A DNA stretch of 63,869 nt, filler included, from Sphaeroforma arctica JP610 (GCF_001186125.1; 6 parts of 4 records of this genome joined end to end with filler, not necessarily neighbours in it), one strand, 5' to 3'. Positions 51,520 through 63,869 are shown, numbered from the whole stretch's first letter. Notes: generated by a model not told the origin, from the sequence alone. Program-made: numbers and translations.

Positions 51520-52290
51520 TGTAAGACTCGGTCTATCAAGGCGATATTAACGCCTTAGAGTAATTAAACGCGTAGGTTAAGTCTAATTATCGTGAAATTC
51601 GAAGTAAATAAACGAAATGAGTCTTTTGGTAAAGTTAGGTATGCCTCGTGAAAACAGCAATACTCTGAGGGATTGTGAGGCTGAGACATTGCCTATATAT
51701 AATCCTCTCAGTACTGTTTTCGCCGAAGGGATTTTATTTAGTGTTTCGTTGTCGCTCTATTAGAAACTATGGTATGTTTCGTTGGGGCGAATCAGAAAGA
51801 CTCATAAAACCTTATCTTCAGAAAAAGAAGAAGAAAAAAAGAAAAAGAAAAATACTCCTGATGTCCATAGTTATTGCATTAACCAATAACTTGCCACTTA
51901 TCAAGAATTACCGACTTAGCCTTCATCAGACTGGCACATCTGGTTGGCTGCACGGAGGATAAACTAAGCAACGCTAATAGTCCTTAGAAACCTATGTTCT
52001 GTTGGGCCATCTCGCTACCGAAGTATTCAGATCTAGATAGTTTTGGAAAGTAAACATAGTTCTATTAATAGAACTAGACCAAATCTTATGTTTGGTATTT
52101 TACTGGGGCCTTTTAATGGCCTTGTCCAAATATGTGATATGTAAAATGGAAAAGGTGTTAATTAATAAAACTGTTAAAAACCATTTAGGAAACTTAAGCT
52201 CCTCGTACTATTAAGAGTACGTTTATAGTTTACGTACTGCTTAAGAGTACGTTTATAACATGAGTCTAATGTGGAGGCCCGGCTATTACA
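51520..52290 (-). mobile_element. Full-length 771-bp LTR of Gypsy family A
   Basis: TGTAA...TTACA termini. TATA-like box at 51694-51702. Matches five other LTR fragments in the window. Confidence 0.93.
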
Positions 52291-55200
52291 GTGGTCCAAG
52301 CAACAGTTTTATAGCTTTGGTTGTAGACTCTTACGCGAGTATGATGCAACTACATAAATCAAACTGGGGCAGCTGATCAGTGGCCTCCGCCATAGCATCA
52401 GTATGCTTTATAGGCACCATGATGGGTTCATCCATGTATAGTATTCACTCCAGTTAAAGAAATCTGGATATAGCCCAATAAAATGTGTAAAACAGAGCAG
52501 GGAAATATCTCCCGTTCCCTCATGAACACGACTCAACATGTCTGATAATTTTTTTTCAATTTTTAAGGTACGTGTGAAATTAAATTGTGCAATGATGTGG
52601 TGCCATCGCTGCAGCATACTATTCAATTTCAACTGAGTATTCATGTTTTTGAGTGCCTTATATTCTGTGCGTACGTTAAAACCCTGGCCGATCAAGTGAT
52701 CATGAAAATGAGCCAACGCATATGTGGCTGCTAACATTTCCTTCATCAATGTCCTACGTGTGAGCAATTACGTGCGAGATGCTGAGATGTGGACTTTGAA
52801 AGATTGCGATGATGTGGAAGTGTGAATGGCTGAGTGTAATAGCACTTGAATTGTGTCGTCAGTGTTGTAGAAGATACTTGGTGTAGAGTGCTTAAGGGAA
52901 TATCTGAATAGGCACATAACCTGCTAGATATATATAACGTGTAAAAAGTGTTTATTATCATACCCTCTGTTGAGGGTGTATATATGTGATCTACTGCCGT
53001 ACAGATAAAATGGCGAGATCACGATTCACTTTTGTGAGGTGTCATACTTTGGTTGACACCTGACAGCTCGGTGTTCCTAACTTCCGTTGTGTTCGAGATA
53101 ATAGGATAAATAATCGTTCGTAACAGCAAGCAGCCTTGTTGAACGTCTTTGACAAGAACGTCAGGCATAATTTTGCGGCTGTCAATCAATTGGAACAACA
53201 CCCTGCCAATTCCATAGTCACTTGCGTCCGTTTCCAATTTGAGTGGCACACCATCGACCGGTTTAAGTACCATTATCTCTTTCACAGGAAATTGACATTT
53301 CTTCTGATTAAGTTTCAATTTGTTCTCCGTCAACTTGTTCTCCGTCAACCGTCGAATTACCTCTTGAACAGTAGCAACATGTTGCTTGTAGTCGTCAAAT
53401 ACAATGATAAGATCATCGATATACCATTGAACATCCAATCCCGCCATCACGTGAGTGTTGTCAGCCCAAATGGAGCTAACGTAATCGAGTATTGTTGACT
53501 ATCCCATGCGGAACGAAAACATGTGCAGAGAGTCAGCATGTACCGGTAAACGATGGTATGCTGCCAATAAATCTACCGTTGTGTAGTATCGATTGCCCCC
53601 CAAGTTGCTGATGATCTCGTTGACCTTCGGTAGCTTAAACTGATCTCCTGGAATAAGAACATTGGTTTGCCGTAAGTCCAAGCTCGGACGAACTTTGATG
53701 AGCTCTCCTGATGGTGTAAAGGATGGTACCGCCAGCAAATAAAGATTGACAATCGACGCCGATGTTTGACGATTGGATACTAATTCATATTTCCGTTTGT
53801 GAACTTACTTCGTTACATGTGGTCTGTACTTATCGGTTACAAAATCCGTGTCTGCCGATGTAGACCCACAATTTTATCCTTCACTGCCCGGTATTGCCTT
53901 TAGTAGTGGTTGTACCGAATTGGACCTTTGTTGAGTGTGTTTTACCCAAGCGCGGAGTTTGGAAAGCTTTGTCCGACAAATAAATATAACTATTCTTAGC
54001 TGGTGGTGTAACGCATGCCTTATCTGCGGATGCCTGAGTGATGACTGAACGGTTCGCCCCTGTATCAACGAGGGTGCGCATCTCATGGTCGTTCACTTAT
54101 AAAATAACATATACACAACGGTTGTCGGCAGGAAACACATTATCTTTTACTACAAATATTCTTGTTGCCGTACGACCAAATGACATGTGTTACGTGTTCA
54201 AGTCAGACACTCCGACATTTCAAGCCGAACTTGTCTCTTCTTCCCAGCCCGCTGATTCTTGTTCGTCTTCCATTAATAAATCTTTACTCTACATGTATGA
54301 CTCGTCGACCAAGTCATGAATGTGCATTATTTTATTCCCTCCCGTTTCTGCTGGTGGTTTCTCAGGTATCTGATCACCGTCCACTTAAGTTAACGCAAGG
54401 GCGGGAGTTATTTTCTGAGCCCTGAGGCCCACGTGTCGACGTGCCCATAGCAGAAGAACATTGTGTAGTAACCCCCACCAGGTTGTATACGTTTACCCGT
54501 GATATTATGGACTGGTGGTCGCAGTTGCTTAGGACAGTGGGTTGCATGTCCTGGTCCCGGAGGAACGTTCTACTCACATGACCGACAACGAAAACGAGGA
54601 TTTGATGCTGGTGACGCATGTGGGTTAGCTCGTGTGTTTGCATCGGTACCTTAGTATTAACGTGAACGCGAACCATTTTCCCGACAATGTTATTCTGCTT
54701 TGTCAATGCATACGCGGAATACATCACGCATCTGTTCAGATGAATAGTCTCGCCAATGTGGATGCCTACGAAGAGTATCGCGGTGGAACCCTCCCCCTAC
54801 AGCTTGGCGTATAAGATTAAGCACGCCATGATTGGGGTAGACCTGCAACGGATTCTCATACTGTCGTATTTCCATAAATTTTACTTTGCGTTCAAAATCA
54901 CGAATTTGTGTATCAATCGGTCCCGACGACTTCAACTTCATGCATGATATTACATGTCTGTATGTGCTGTCTTCCAAGTCATGTTCATGTGTGCGTAGAA
55001 ATTAAAATAAGTGCAGTGGCTTCCTCGAACGAAATAGATTGCAATTCTCGTTCGTTCTCCACGATAAAGTCGAATAGCACCTTAGGTGCGCTTTCTATCT
55101 GTAGAGCTCCGTGTAGGCTCATTTGCATTCGAATCGGATCTAACTTATAAAATCGTTCATTCTTATGCCAGTCTAAGATAAAAGACAATAGCTGTATCTA

Positions 55201-56791
55201 TTGCTGGTTGTCCAAATAATACTGCCTTGTTGATTAGGCGGCCATTCCTTGGGTGTCTGTTTGACTAAAGATACTGAGCATGTTTTCAGAGTTCCTTCAG
55301 GTGTGCGAATTAGACCCTGAACGCGCGCGCATCTTTTATGCGTCCCTCTGCTTCTGCTTGCATCATTCGTTGGGTATGATGGAAGACTTGCCTTTTTATC
55401 TCTGCCGCTGTAGTCTCAGCGATACAAGTATTTGTAGGTTTTGACAGCTTCCAGCGTTTCACAGCCTGCGGGTCTCCTGAGTAGCGATCGTGATGAACAG
55501 GGAAGTGTTTCCGATATGCCAACGTATTCGATATGCCAACGTATCAATAGGTACATTTGCAGCATCTTGACAATTCCCCTTCATCTCTTCCGGTGAGAGT
55601 GGACGACTATGCTGTTGTAGCTTGTCACGAAATAAATCCGTTGCTACTTGACCTTGATTAAGCGGTTGCTGTGGAGATTTTATTACTCACGAAATGCATC
55701 AAAGGAACTCTTTGCTGACGACGAAGGAGTGTCCATTACAAAGTGCAAATCCTCTGGTTCCAAATAATTGTTGCTTAGAGATTCCACCACAGTTGCCGAT
55801 TCCTGAGTACTACTAGGGCCACAAAATTATGTCGGCATCTCATCAGGTGTAGGAATTTCTTGTGCTCGATTTTGAGCGTGTTTCAACATACGACCCCTGC
55901 GAGAAACGTACACATTATCATGTTGTGCCACTTGAGGTATAGTCTTTGTGCGGCCAATTCTGCGCTTCACTGGGCTGATTTGCTTCATATCGTCCGCCTC
56001 GCTAATTATTAAATTTCCAGTTGGTGACTTTCACATCTGCGCTGGGTGTTGAGGAGCCCAACGTGGTTGCGATGTTGGTGCTACCTGTTGCATACAATAA
56101 TGATCGTTCGATGCCGTCTGGACCGTGCTATTGTCAGTAGTCGAGTTAATATCCGCCGGTGAGAATTCACGAAGTTGGCGGAGTTTCCCACAAACTAACA
56201 GAATAATCTCCGTGGCCTCCCGCACATGCGTCAGCATTCCTGTGTGGCCATCTCGATCAGAAATCAACTCTGCATGTTGTTGGGCCTTATCCAACGTAAA
56301 AATCGAGTGTTGGGCCTCCGAAACTAAACGTGCCAGCGCAACGTAAATTTCTGCCTTTTCTTCATCCTCAGGTGTCGGATTCGTAGAAAATGTTGTGTCC
56401 ACCTTAGCACAGATTAAAGGCAATTGACGATGAACTCTAATTAGTCATTTCCACAGTCGCTCACAAGATAGCTTGCCTACCTCAGTAATAGTAGGTCCCT
56501 TCACTATGGTAAGCCAAAAAACAACAACAAAACGTTTAACTAAAAAACGTTTAACTAAATTGATTTTTAGCTATCTTAATCTATAAAGAACGTAGTGTAA
56601 TAGGTACACTAGTTCGGTCATTTAAAAATGTAGTCGAAACCGAGTAGCGCTTAGTAAAGAGTTTAAGTCTGAATAAGTGAACTCAGTCCGAAGTGCAGTT
56701 ACGAACCGCGCGCCTGCTGTATTTATTTATCACGCTCCTATGTGGAACGATATTTTCTTTAACAACGGGTGACTGTGAAAATACCCATATA
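52291..56791 (-). mobile_element. Second, older Ty3/Gypsy family (B), degenerate; target of the family A insertion
   Basis: Protease TLVDTGANRSVI; RT VRPSLDLRQTN, YTTVDLLAAYHRL, WYIDDLII; RNase H LETDASDYGIG and KEMLAATYALAHF. Possible LTR from TGTAA at 56596. Confidence 0.85.
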
Positions 56792-56932
56792 NNNNNNNNN
56801 NNNNNNNNNNNNNNNNNNNNNNNNNNNNNNNNNNNTTAATTAATTAANNNNNNNNNNNNNNNNNNNNNNNNNNNNNNNNNNNNNNNNNNNNTATGCATGT
56901 ATGTATGTATGTATGTATGCATGCATGCATGC

Positions 56933-56969
<37 letters not shown>

Positions 56970-57081
56970 AGAATGTGTATGTGACATGTCATATTAATGG
57001 TGTATGTAATTCTGTGTTTTTTGATACTATTTACATGATGACCTATCTTCGTATTCATCATTTCTCTGGCGCAAATTTCAG

Positions 57082-60000
57082 GCACACGAATGCTAGCACC
57101 GAGTCTTCCGGGGTGTTCCGGGTTCTAGCGCAGTCGTCTGGCAGCAATTGCACTGACCTGTTGGATGAGAGTGATCTGGGTTTGCTGTGGGCCGATCAGG
57201 AGTGGCACTTTGTGGCCATGTCGTATGACTACGCACGTGGGTTGGTGAGCGTGTACATGGACGATAGACAACATTACAGCTGCGACGATCAAGCTAATGC
57301 ACCCATTGTAGACACACTCAAACGAGGTAAGCGCAAATACTTGTGTAACGCCTACACCAAACCCTAGACGCACCAAACCCTAAACACACCAAACCCTAAA
57401 CATTTCAAATCCTAAACACACCAGACCCTAAACATCCAAACCTTAAACATTCTAAACCCGAAGCACAAAACCCTAAGAACACCAAATCCTAAACACGCCA
57501 GACCCTAAACGCACCAAACCCTAAACATCCAAACCTTAAACATTCCAAACCATAAACGCACCAAACCCTATACGCCCTGCAGAGGATCCGTACGACGACC
57601 CGTACATCATGGTAGGCAACAGCGACAAGCCATCGGACACAGCGTACACCACCGCAGCAGTGGACGGCGCCTTCAACGGGTCCATGGACGACATCCGCTT
57701 CTACACTGTGCCGTTGACTGAGGCGCAGATCGATCGGGTGCGCCGCAACTCACCCGCTCAGCCACCCACCGACATCGCAGACTCGCTGTATGCGTGGTTC
57801 AACTTTGCCACAGGCGCACACACAGGCGATGTACAACCCGTGCACAACCACGGTATCCGCATCACCACAGGCCAGGGCATCAACGTCTACAAGCCTAGGT
57901 TTGTGGTGTCGGATGCACCTATCCCTGGGCTTCTGCAGGAGACAACACAGACGGAAACAGAGACAGAGACGGAATCAGAGACGCAAGAGAACGAGGGAGA
58001 GAGTGCAGTGGTCCTTGTGCAGAGACGACAGGCGGTGGATGAGGGCGCACCCACGGCCATGCGAGTAGTCAACGGAGGCCAGGGCATGACCGTAGAGTTT
58101 AAAATCAAGGTATGGGGATGTGTGTGTACGCACACACGCACAGTAGTAGGCATGACCATAGAGTCGACAATCAAGGTATGGGGATGTGTGTGTACGCACA
58201 CAGGCACAGTAATAGACATGACCATAGAGTTTACAATCAAGGAATGGGGATGTGTGTACTCACACATGCACAGTATTAGGCTTGACCATAGAGTTGACAA
58301 TCAAGGTATGGGGATGTGTGTGTACGCGCACACGCACAGTAGTAGGCATGGCCATAGAGTCGACAATCAAGGTATGGGGATGTGTGTGTACGCACACATG
58401 CACAGTAGTAGACATGACCATAGAGTTTACAATCAAGGAATGGGGATGTGTGTACTCACACATGCACAATATTAGGCTTGACCATAGAGTTGACAATCAA
58501 GGTATGGGGATGTGTGTGTACGCGCACACGCACAGTAGTAGGCATGACCATAGAGTTGACAATCAAGGTATGGGGATGTGTGTACTCGCACATGCACAGT
58601 AGTAGGCATGACCATAGAGTTGACAATCAAGGCATGGGGATGTGTGTGTACGCGCACACGCACAATAGTAGGCATGACCAAAGGGTTGACAATCAAGGTA
58701 TGGGGATGTGTGTGTACGCACACCTGCACAGTAGTAGACATGACCAGTAGTAGACATGACCATAGAGTTTACAATCAAGGAATGGGGATGTGTGTACTCA
58801 CACATGCACAGTAGTAGGCTTAACCATAGAGTTGACAATCAAGGTATGGGGATGTGTGTGTACGTGCACACGCACAGGAGTAGACATGACCATAGAGTTG
58901 ATAATCAAGGNNNNNNNNNNNNNNNNNNNNGGCATGACCATAGAGTTGATAATCAAGGTATGGGGATGTGTGTGTACGCGCACACGCACAGTAGTAGGCA
59001 TGGCCATAGAGTTGACAATCAAGGTATGGGGATGTGTGTGTACGCGCACACGCACAGTAGTGGGTGAACTGAGGTGCAGTGTTGCTGTGGGCGAGGACAC
59101 GCGTGGTGAGCAATGGCGCACACGCACGAGGTCACGGCAGTTGCAGGCAGCTGTGTAGTTTCGCTTGCGTTACCACGCACACACACACGTGGGGAATATA
59201 ATCGTACACATGACAAAATAACCATATACAGGTGAATGTTATATACATGTGAATGCATATACATATGGGAATGTCATATACATGTCAATGCATATACTTA
59301 TACAGGTGAATGTCATGTACATGTCAATGCATATACATATACAGGTGAATGTCGTATACATGTCAATGCATATACATATACAGGTGAATGTCATATACAT
59401 ATGAATGCGCGAGTGGGTACGCCCACACGTATACCTGCAGGCGCACACCTTTGTTGCTCATGTGGTTGGCATGTGTACGGCACGAGATAATATCAATAAT
59501 TAAGTATAGACGCTCATCGTACCAATGCAGCCACAGACGATGACTCACATGCACAGACGATGACTCACATGGGCAAATCACTACACCTTTTTCAATACCT
59601 ACAGTTCCCGTATCCAGAGGCCAACTTCCTATACACTGTAATAGAGGAACCACACGCCAGCTTAAACGTAACTAATGCGCCCGATGCGGGTACGTTTACT
59701 GTCACAGCCGACAACGGGACTGCCAGTGAACTGGACACAGTGCTACCTGTACAAGGGCTGGGGACATCACTCACCTTCACCCCTAACGCCAGTTTCTATG
59801 GCAACCTGTCCTATACTGTGCGCCTGACGACGGCGTTGCTTAGCGACGGCGCGGGCGGGAACTCGTCTCAGCCAATCACATTGCGGATCGAGATTGAGCA
59901 GGCGGTGCTGCCGCTGCTAGGCAGCGGTGGGCGTGCCATCCGGTGCGACGGCGTTAATGACTACATGTACGCACCTTACTTTGAGTGGCCACTGCAGAAC

Positions 60001-61062
60001 TACACAGACCCAACGGACAACATCTCTCGCTTTGGGGGGGGGCCTATCACCATTGGTGAGTGGGCCGTACACAGTACACACATACCACACGGGCATATAC
60101 ACGCACGTGTTGCTCGGGGGAAGTAGGATGTGGTGGTACTTAAGAGTGGGCTGTAATCACCGCGTTATGCACATGCACCTTTCTTCCAACGACTTGTGTG
60201 CCATCACGTACTATTGCCTTGCCGTGTTTATTCGTAGATTGTGTAGTGTTTCTTTTTTTGGTTCGCAGATAGTGTTGTATTTCTCTGTTTCACTGCTCTG
60301 ACTGAGGCCCTGTGTCCACCAATGACAAACTATGGAGTGTGGATGTGTTGTATACCTACGTTATGCCTACCGCCAGTGTCTTGGGGCGCATATTTCGGTA
60401 ACCGATGTTCTGTGTATAAAGGGTTGGCTACGCGCTGTGCTCACTCCGTAGCCACACGTGTGTGCAGGGAAGTGTTTGTCTTCTATATCCATTAGTTTCT
60501 ATTGTAAAGTTAAGTACATGCTACTCCTATGACCAATTATGTGCACAAATGGTGGGATGTATGTTTTTATATTGGCTGCTACATACAGCTTGTTCAGATT
60601 ACATCCAACCCACTCTATGGTCAAACCTTGTACACAGAGGGATGGGCGTATGTCGTACTCATAGGTTGCTAATGACTGTGTTTATGATCCTTGTCTTCTC
60701 ATACCATGGTCCTGTTGTGTGTTCAGAGGGGTGGGCCTATGTCGTACTCATAGGTTGCTAATGACTGTGTTTATAATCTTATCTTCTCATATATGGTCCT
60801 GTTGTGTGTTCAGAGGGGTGTGCCGATGTCGTACTCATAGGTTGCTAATGACTGTGTTGATAATCTTATCTTCTCATACCGTGGTCCTGTTGTGTGTTCA
60901 GAGGGGTGGATGTATCTATCCTCTGACTCGTCAGCGTATGGGACGTTGGCGTCGATTGGAAAAGGTGCCACGCCTTACAGGTCTTATGCGCAGAAGATGT
61001 TGTACCCTGGGGACACCACCGGACGGCTGGAATTCAGCATGCCCACAGGCAGTAATCGCCAG
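57082..61062 (+). CDS. Partial large extracellular protein: LamG/concanavalin-A-like domains plus a cadherin-like/Ig-like domain
   Basis: Phase-compatible exons 57082-57326, 57583-58109, 59605-60055, 60902-61062. Motifs WHFVAMSYD...VSVYMD; FNGSMDDIRFYTVPLTEAQI; LTFTPNASFYGNLSYTVRLT; AIRCDGVNDY...ITI/EGWMY. Both ends are lost in gaps. Confidence 0.8.
57352..57570. repeat. Intronic degenerate telomere-like minisatellite (ACACCAAACCCTAA)n
   Basis: About 13 units of 16-17 bp containing AACCCTAAA variants. Confidence 0.85.
58083..59060 (+). repeat. 67-69-bp minisatellite containing an exon end and its splice donor
   Basis: GGCATGACCATAGAGTTGACAATCAAG|GTATGGGGATGTGTG... repeated about 14 times. 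Confidence 0.95.
59228..59406. repeat. 39-bp intronic minisatellite
   Basis: TACAGGTGAATGTCATATACATGTCAATGCATATACATA, ~4.5 copies. Confidence 0.9.
60635..60909 (+). repeat. ~88-bp minisatellite containing branch point and splice acceptor
   Basis: CAG|AGGGGTGG-like at 60635, 60724, 60811 and 60899. The last three are each preceded by GCTAAT and a pyrimidine/TG-rich tract. Confidence 0.92.
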
Positions 61063-61139
61063 GTACGTGCTATCGATGGGCCTACGAGGCTGTGGCTGCT
61101 GCCACGTGACTAAGGTGGTATGCGTGCAGTTTGTATAGT

Positions 61140-61421
61140 AAGCTATAGTTTATATAAATTTAGGGCGTAGTTTATATATATATATATGGCGTAGTTGATA
61201 TATATTGTACGCGTAGTTTATATATTTGGGGCGTAGGTTATACATATTTAGGGCGTAGTTGATATATTTTTGGGGCATAGGTTATATATATTTGGGGCGC
61301 AGTTTATCTATATTTGGGGCGTAGTTTATATATACATTTGCGGCGTAGTTTATACACATTTAGTATTTGGGGCATAGGTTATATATATTTGGGGCGTATT
61401 TAATTCATAATTGAGGCGTAA

Positions 61422-61463
<42 letters not shown>

Positions 61464-61815
61464 GTATTATATATATATAGTGGGTGTTNNNNNNNNNNNN
61501 NNNNNNNNNNNNNNNNNNNNNNNNNNNNNNNNTTAATTAATTAANNNNNNNNNNNNNNNNNNNNNNNNNNNNNNNNNNNNNNNNNNNNCCAAAACACAGT
61601 CGCATCCACTACATACTAACACACAGTTATAATACCTACGCACTAACACACAGTCACAAAAACTACATACAAACACACAGTCACAATAACTACATACAAA
61701 CACACAGTCACAATAACTACACACTAACACACAGTCACAATAACTACACACTAACACACAGTCACAAAAACTACATACTAACACACAGTCACATTAACTA
61801 CATACTAACACACAG
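61140..61815. repeat. Minisatellites flanking a contig gap (TTTGGGGCGTAGTTTATATATA-like; 27-bp ACACAGTCACAATAACTACATACTAAC)
   Basis: Directly visible on either side of spacer 61489-61588. Confidence 0.85.
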
Positions 61816-61945
61816 TAGCACCTCTCTGGCTTAGGCCGACACTATGATGCGTGTATTAGTCTAGCCAAGGAGTTCCTTGACTTTGATATAGACGTTTAAC
61901 CAGGCACCCATGATACTGATATGCAAACGCCACAAACACACACAC

Positions 61946-63401
61946 CGCTTTGGCATCGGCAGGCACAGAGATGTGTATGCCTGACTCCCCCTCTTGCCGC
62001 GAGAAGACAACGGTATAGTGTGCGTCAGACGGTGTTGTGCTTCCCTCGGGTCCAAATACGGCTTGACCACTCAACGTGTATGCGAACGCGTTATAATCTG
62101 TGGCATATAAGCGTAGGGTGTGATAGTCTAAGTCTGAGGTGCGTTTATGTACGTTCGTGAGCTTTGACTTCTCATGAAAGCTTTATAAGCACAGGTGACG
62201 ACCTTCCGTACGTATGAACCTGTGCACACATGTGCGTATAGCATGGCATCTATCATGTTCTTTCAATTGGCGTCTCATTCATATGGGGGCAGCTGTGTCT
62301 GATAACGTTAAGCACCGCTTGCCACACACATTCAGATATGCAAAGGTTGATTGGAACGGGAGCACATACATGCGTACTGACACACATGCACAAACACAAA
62401 GGTACCGAACGACGGAACGCTAACTAGGCATCCGAGAAATACTTTGATATACATACAGTGCACACCACGATCAGACTTGCACCAAAGTCAGCTATGCCAC
62501 GGGCTGAAATACGTATAAACGTATTCACTACCGAGTACAGGCAAGTCTACGTACAAGTACATACGAATGCAATGCCGTATATTCGTATTGGTGCGCTTGG
62601 GGCACATCCATACATGTGAACCTAGTGCAAACATCCTAGCAGGTGTTCTAAACATATGCCTTACCACTGGGGATTGCCTGGCTGTAGCTGCTTCCGGGCT
62701 GCATCGTGACGTCCAGGTACATTGTAGGGGTGAGTGTGTACACCACACTCTCCACATCCATCGCCTTCCCTGCGATGACGGCTATGTGCACACCGTCCTT
62801 CTCCACTTTGCTTATGTCCTTGCTTCTAAGTTCCTGATGGGCAAAGGATAGGTCACCTCGATTAATAGTGAGCGGATGATTTATTATATACTGTACTGAT
62901 ATAGATAAAACATAGAACTGACAAGCACGAACTCGACACACTACGCTTGGCAAAAAGGTCGAGGGACTCGGTTGCTTACCCAGGCACGACCAAGACATTG
63001 TACATAGAGACGTAGTGTTCAATGTATGGAAATAAGGGATCGATCCCAGAAAGGGTGAACACACCAATCGAGCTCTTATAATAGAATCAGCAGCTGACCT
63101 TATATCAAAATCTAATCCGTACTAATTAATATCTAATCCGTACCATTAAATATCGAATACGTACCAACAAATAGATACCCATACCTGATACGCTGGTCTG
63201 ACCATTTTGTACTCCTTGGCCAAGTTCACCCACAGTTGCAGACCTGCTGACTCCCCTGCGCCATACGGTTTCTCACTGTGCATGATCCCCCGTCCCGCGG
63301 TCATCCACTGCAAATCGCCGGGATATATAACTCCCTTGTGGCCGGCAAAGTCTTCGTGGGAAGTGGCCCCCTTGAGCATGTACGTGACTGTTTCAAATCC
63401 C
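61946..63401 (-). CDS. PIR: Pirin (bicupin), internal exons only
   Basis: Exons 63401-63185, 62833-62665, 62097-61946: GFETVTYML.G...HEDFAGHKG.I.PGDLQWMTAGRGIMHSE...GLQLWVNL...YQ/EL...VIAG...TPTMYLD.../DYNAFAYTLSG.AVFG. Confidence 0.93.
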
Positions 63402-63869
63402 CTGTGAAGCAAATTGTTTCAGCATATGAATATACCTACACAGTGATTTATGTTGCTCGTGCGTTGGTATGTGCTGATAATTCAACCCTGTGAGTACTCT
63501 GGCATTCTCCACACATATCTGGTGTAGATACAGTTTCTTCCGGTGGCGTGGCTGTATCTATTCAGCGTACACATACGGATTCGATACGAGCACACTCTCA
63601 CTTCCACTGACTCTTCCATGAAAAGCACAATGTAGCCATAAAAGCGTACGTGAACTTACAACTATATCTCGAAAACTCTGTCAATCGAGACCGAAGGATA
63701 CGTATTTTCACTTGACAGTTGTCATGGGAACAGCTTCATTGAACATTGTTCGTGCAGTGTAAGCATACTAGAACACCGCACCTAGAGGATTATTTTAGGA
63801 CCGGACCACAGGACTGTACTGATTATTGGAATAGAGGATTTACAACAAGTGACACACCAACCAATCGGG

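Larger units (their letters stand above)
47985..52290 (-). mobile_element. Ty3/Gypsy family A copy, 5' half (5' LTR, ORF0, gag, protease, RT)
   Basis: RT FTSIDLTQGYHQI...APFGL; protease ALIDPGSEIS; Cys/His-rich gag end; full LTR at 51520-52290. Confidence 0.92.

Noticed and set aside
45088..52295. One full-length Gypsy element from 45093 to 52290
   Set aside because: Flanks CCCTG and GTGGT are not a TSD, gag-protease occurs twice, and a contig spacer lies between the halves.
58083..59060. CRISPR-like regular repeat
   Set aside because: No unique spacers, eukaryotic intron context, no cas genes; a plain tandem repeat.

Overview
Intron-rich eukaryotic genomic DNA, assembled from several contigs joined by N-gaps. 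Five of the gaps are 100-nt spacers with an artificial TTAATTAATTAA core. The gene set and intron style suggest a unicellular opisthokont, possibly an ichthyosporean/holozoan (inference only). Host genes: a TRIC/TMEM38-like membrane protein, a LicD/fukutin-FKRP-like pseudogene, UBE2G1, convergent RPL36 and RPL31, a long fungal/plant-type isocitrate lyase, a partial LamG + cadherin-like surface protein and a partial pirin. A large share of the window is transposon debris: several copies/LTRs of one Ty3/Gypsy family, a second Gypsy family, a LINE, a Copia relic, a hAT transposase relic and a possible pogo-type MITE. There are also large micro/minisatellite blocks. Most notable unexplained structures: (i) a tandem cluster of three related ~80-90-nt hairpins sharing one 5'-arm sequence (miRNA-cluster-like, 18853-19177); (ii) a 99-bp-arm fold-back apparently built from an exon (30413-30617); (iii) a Gypsy family with no tRNA-type PBS but PBS/LTR complementarity (candidate self-priming), an ATGA-coupled upstream ORF and a chromodomain-like tail; (iv) a shared non-poly(A) LINE 3' terminus; (v) minisatellites that amplify a splice donor and a splice acceptor within one gene. 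All calls are from manual reading; no database searches or folding programs were run.
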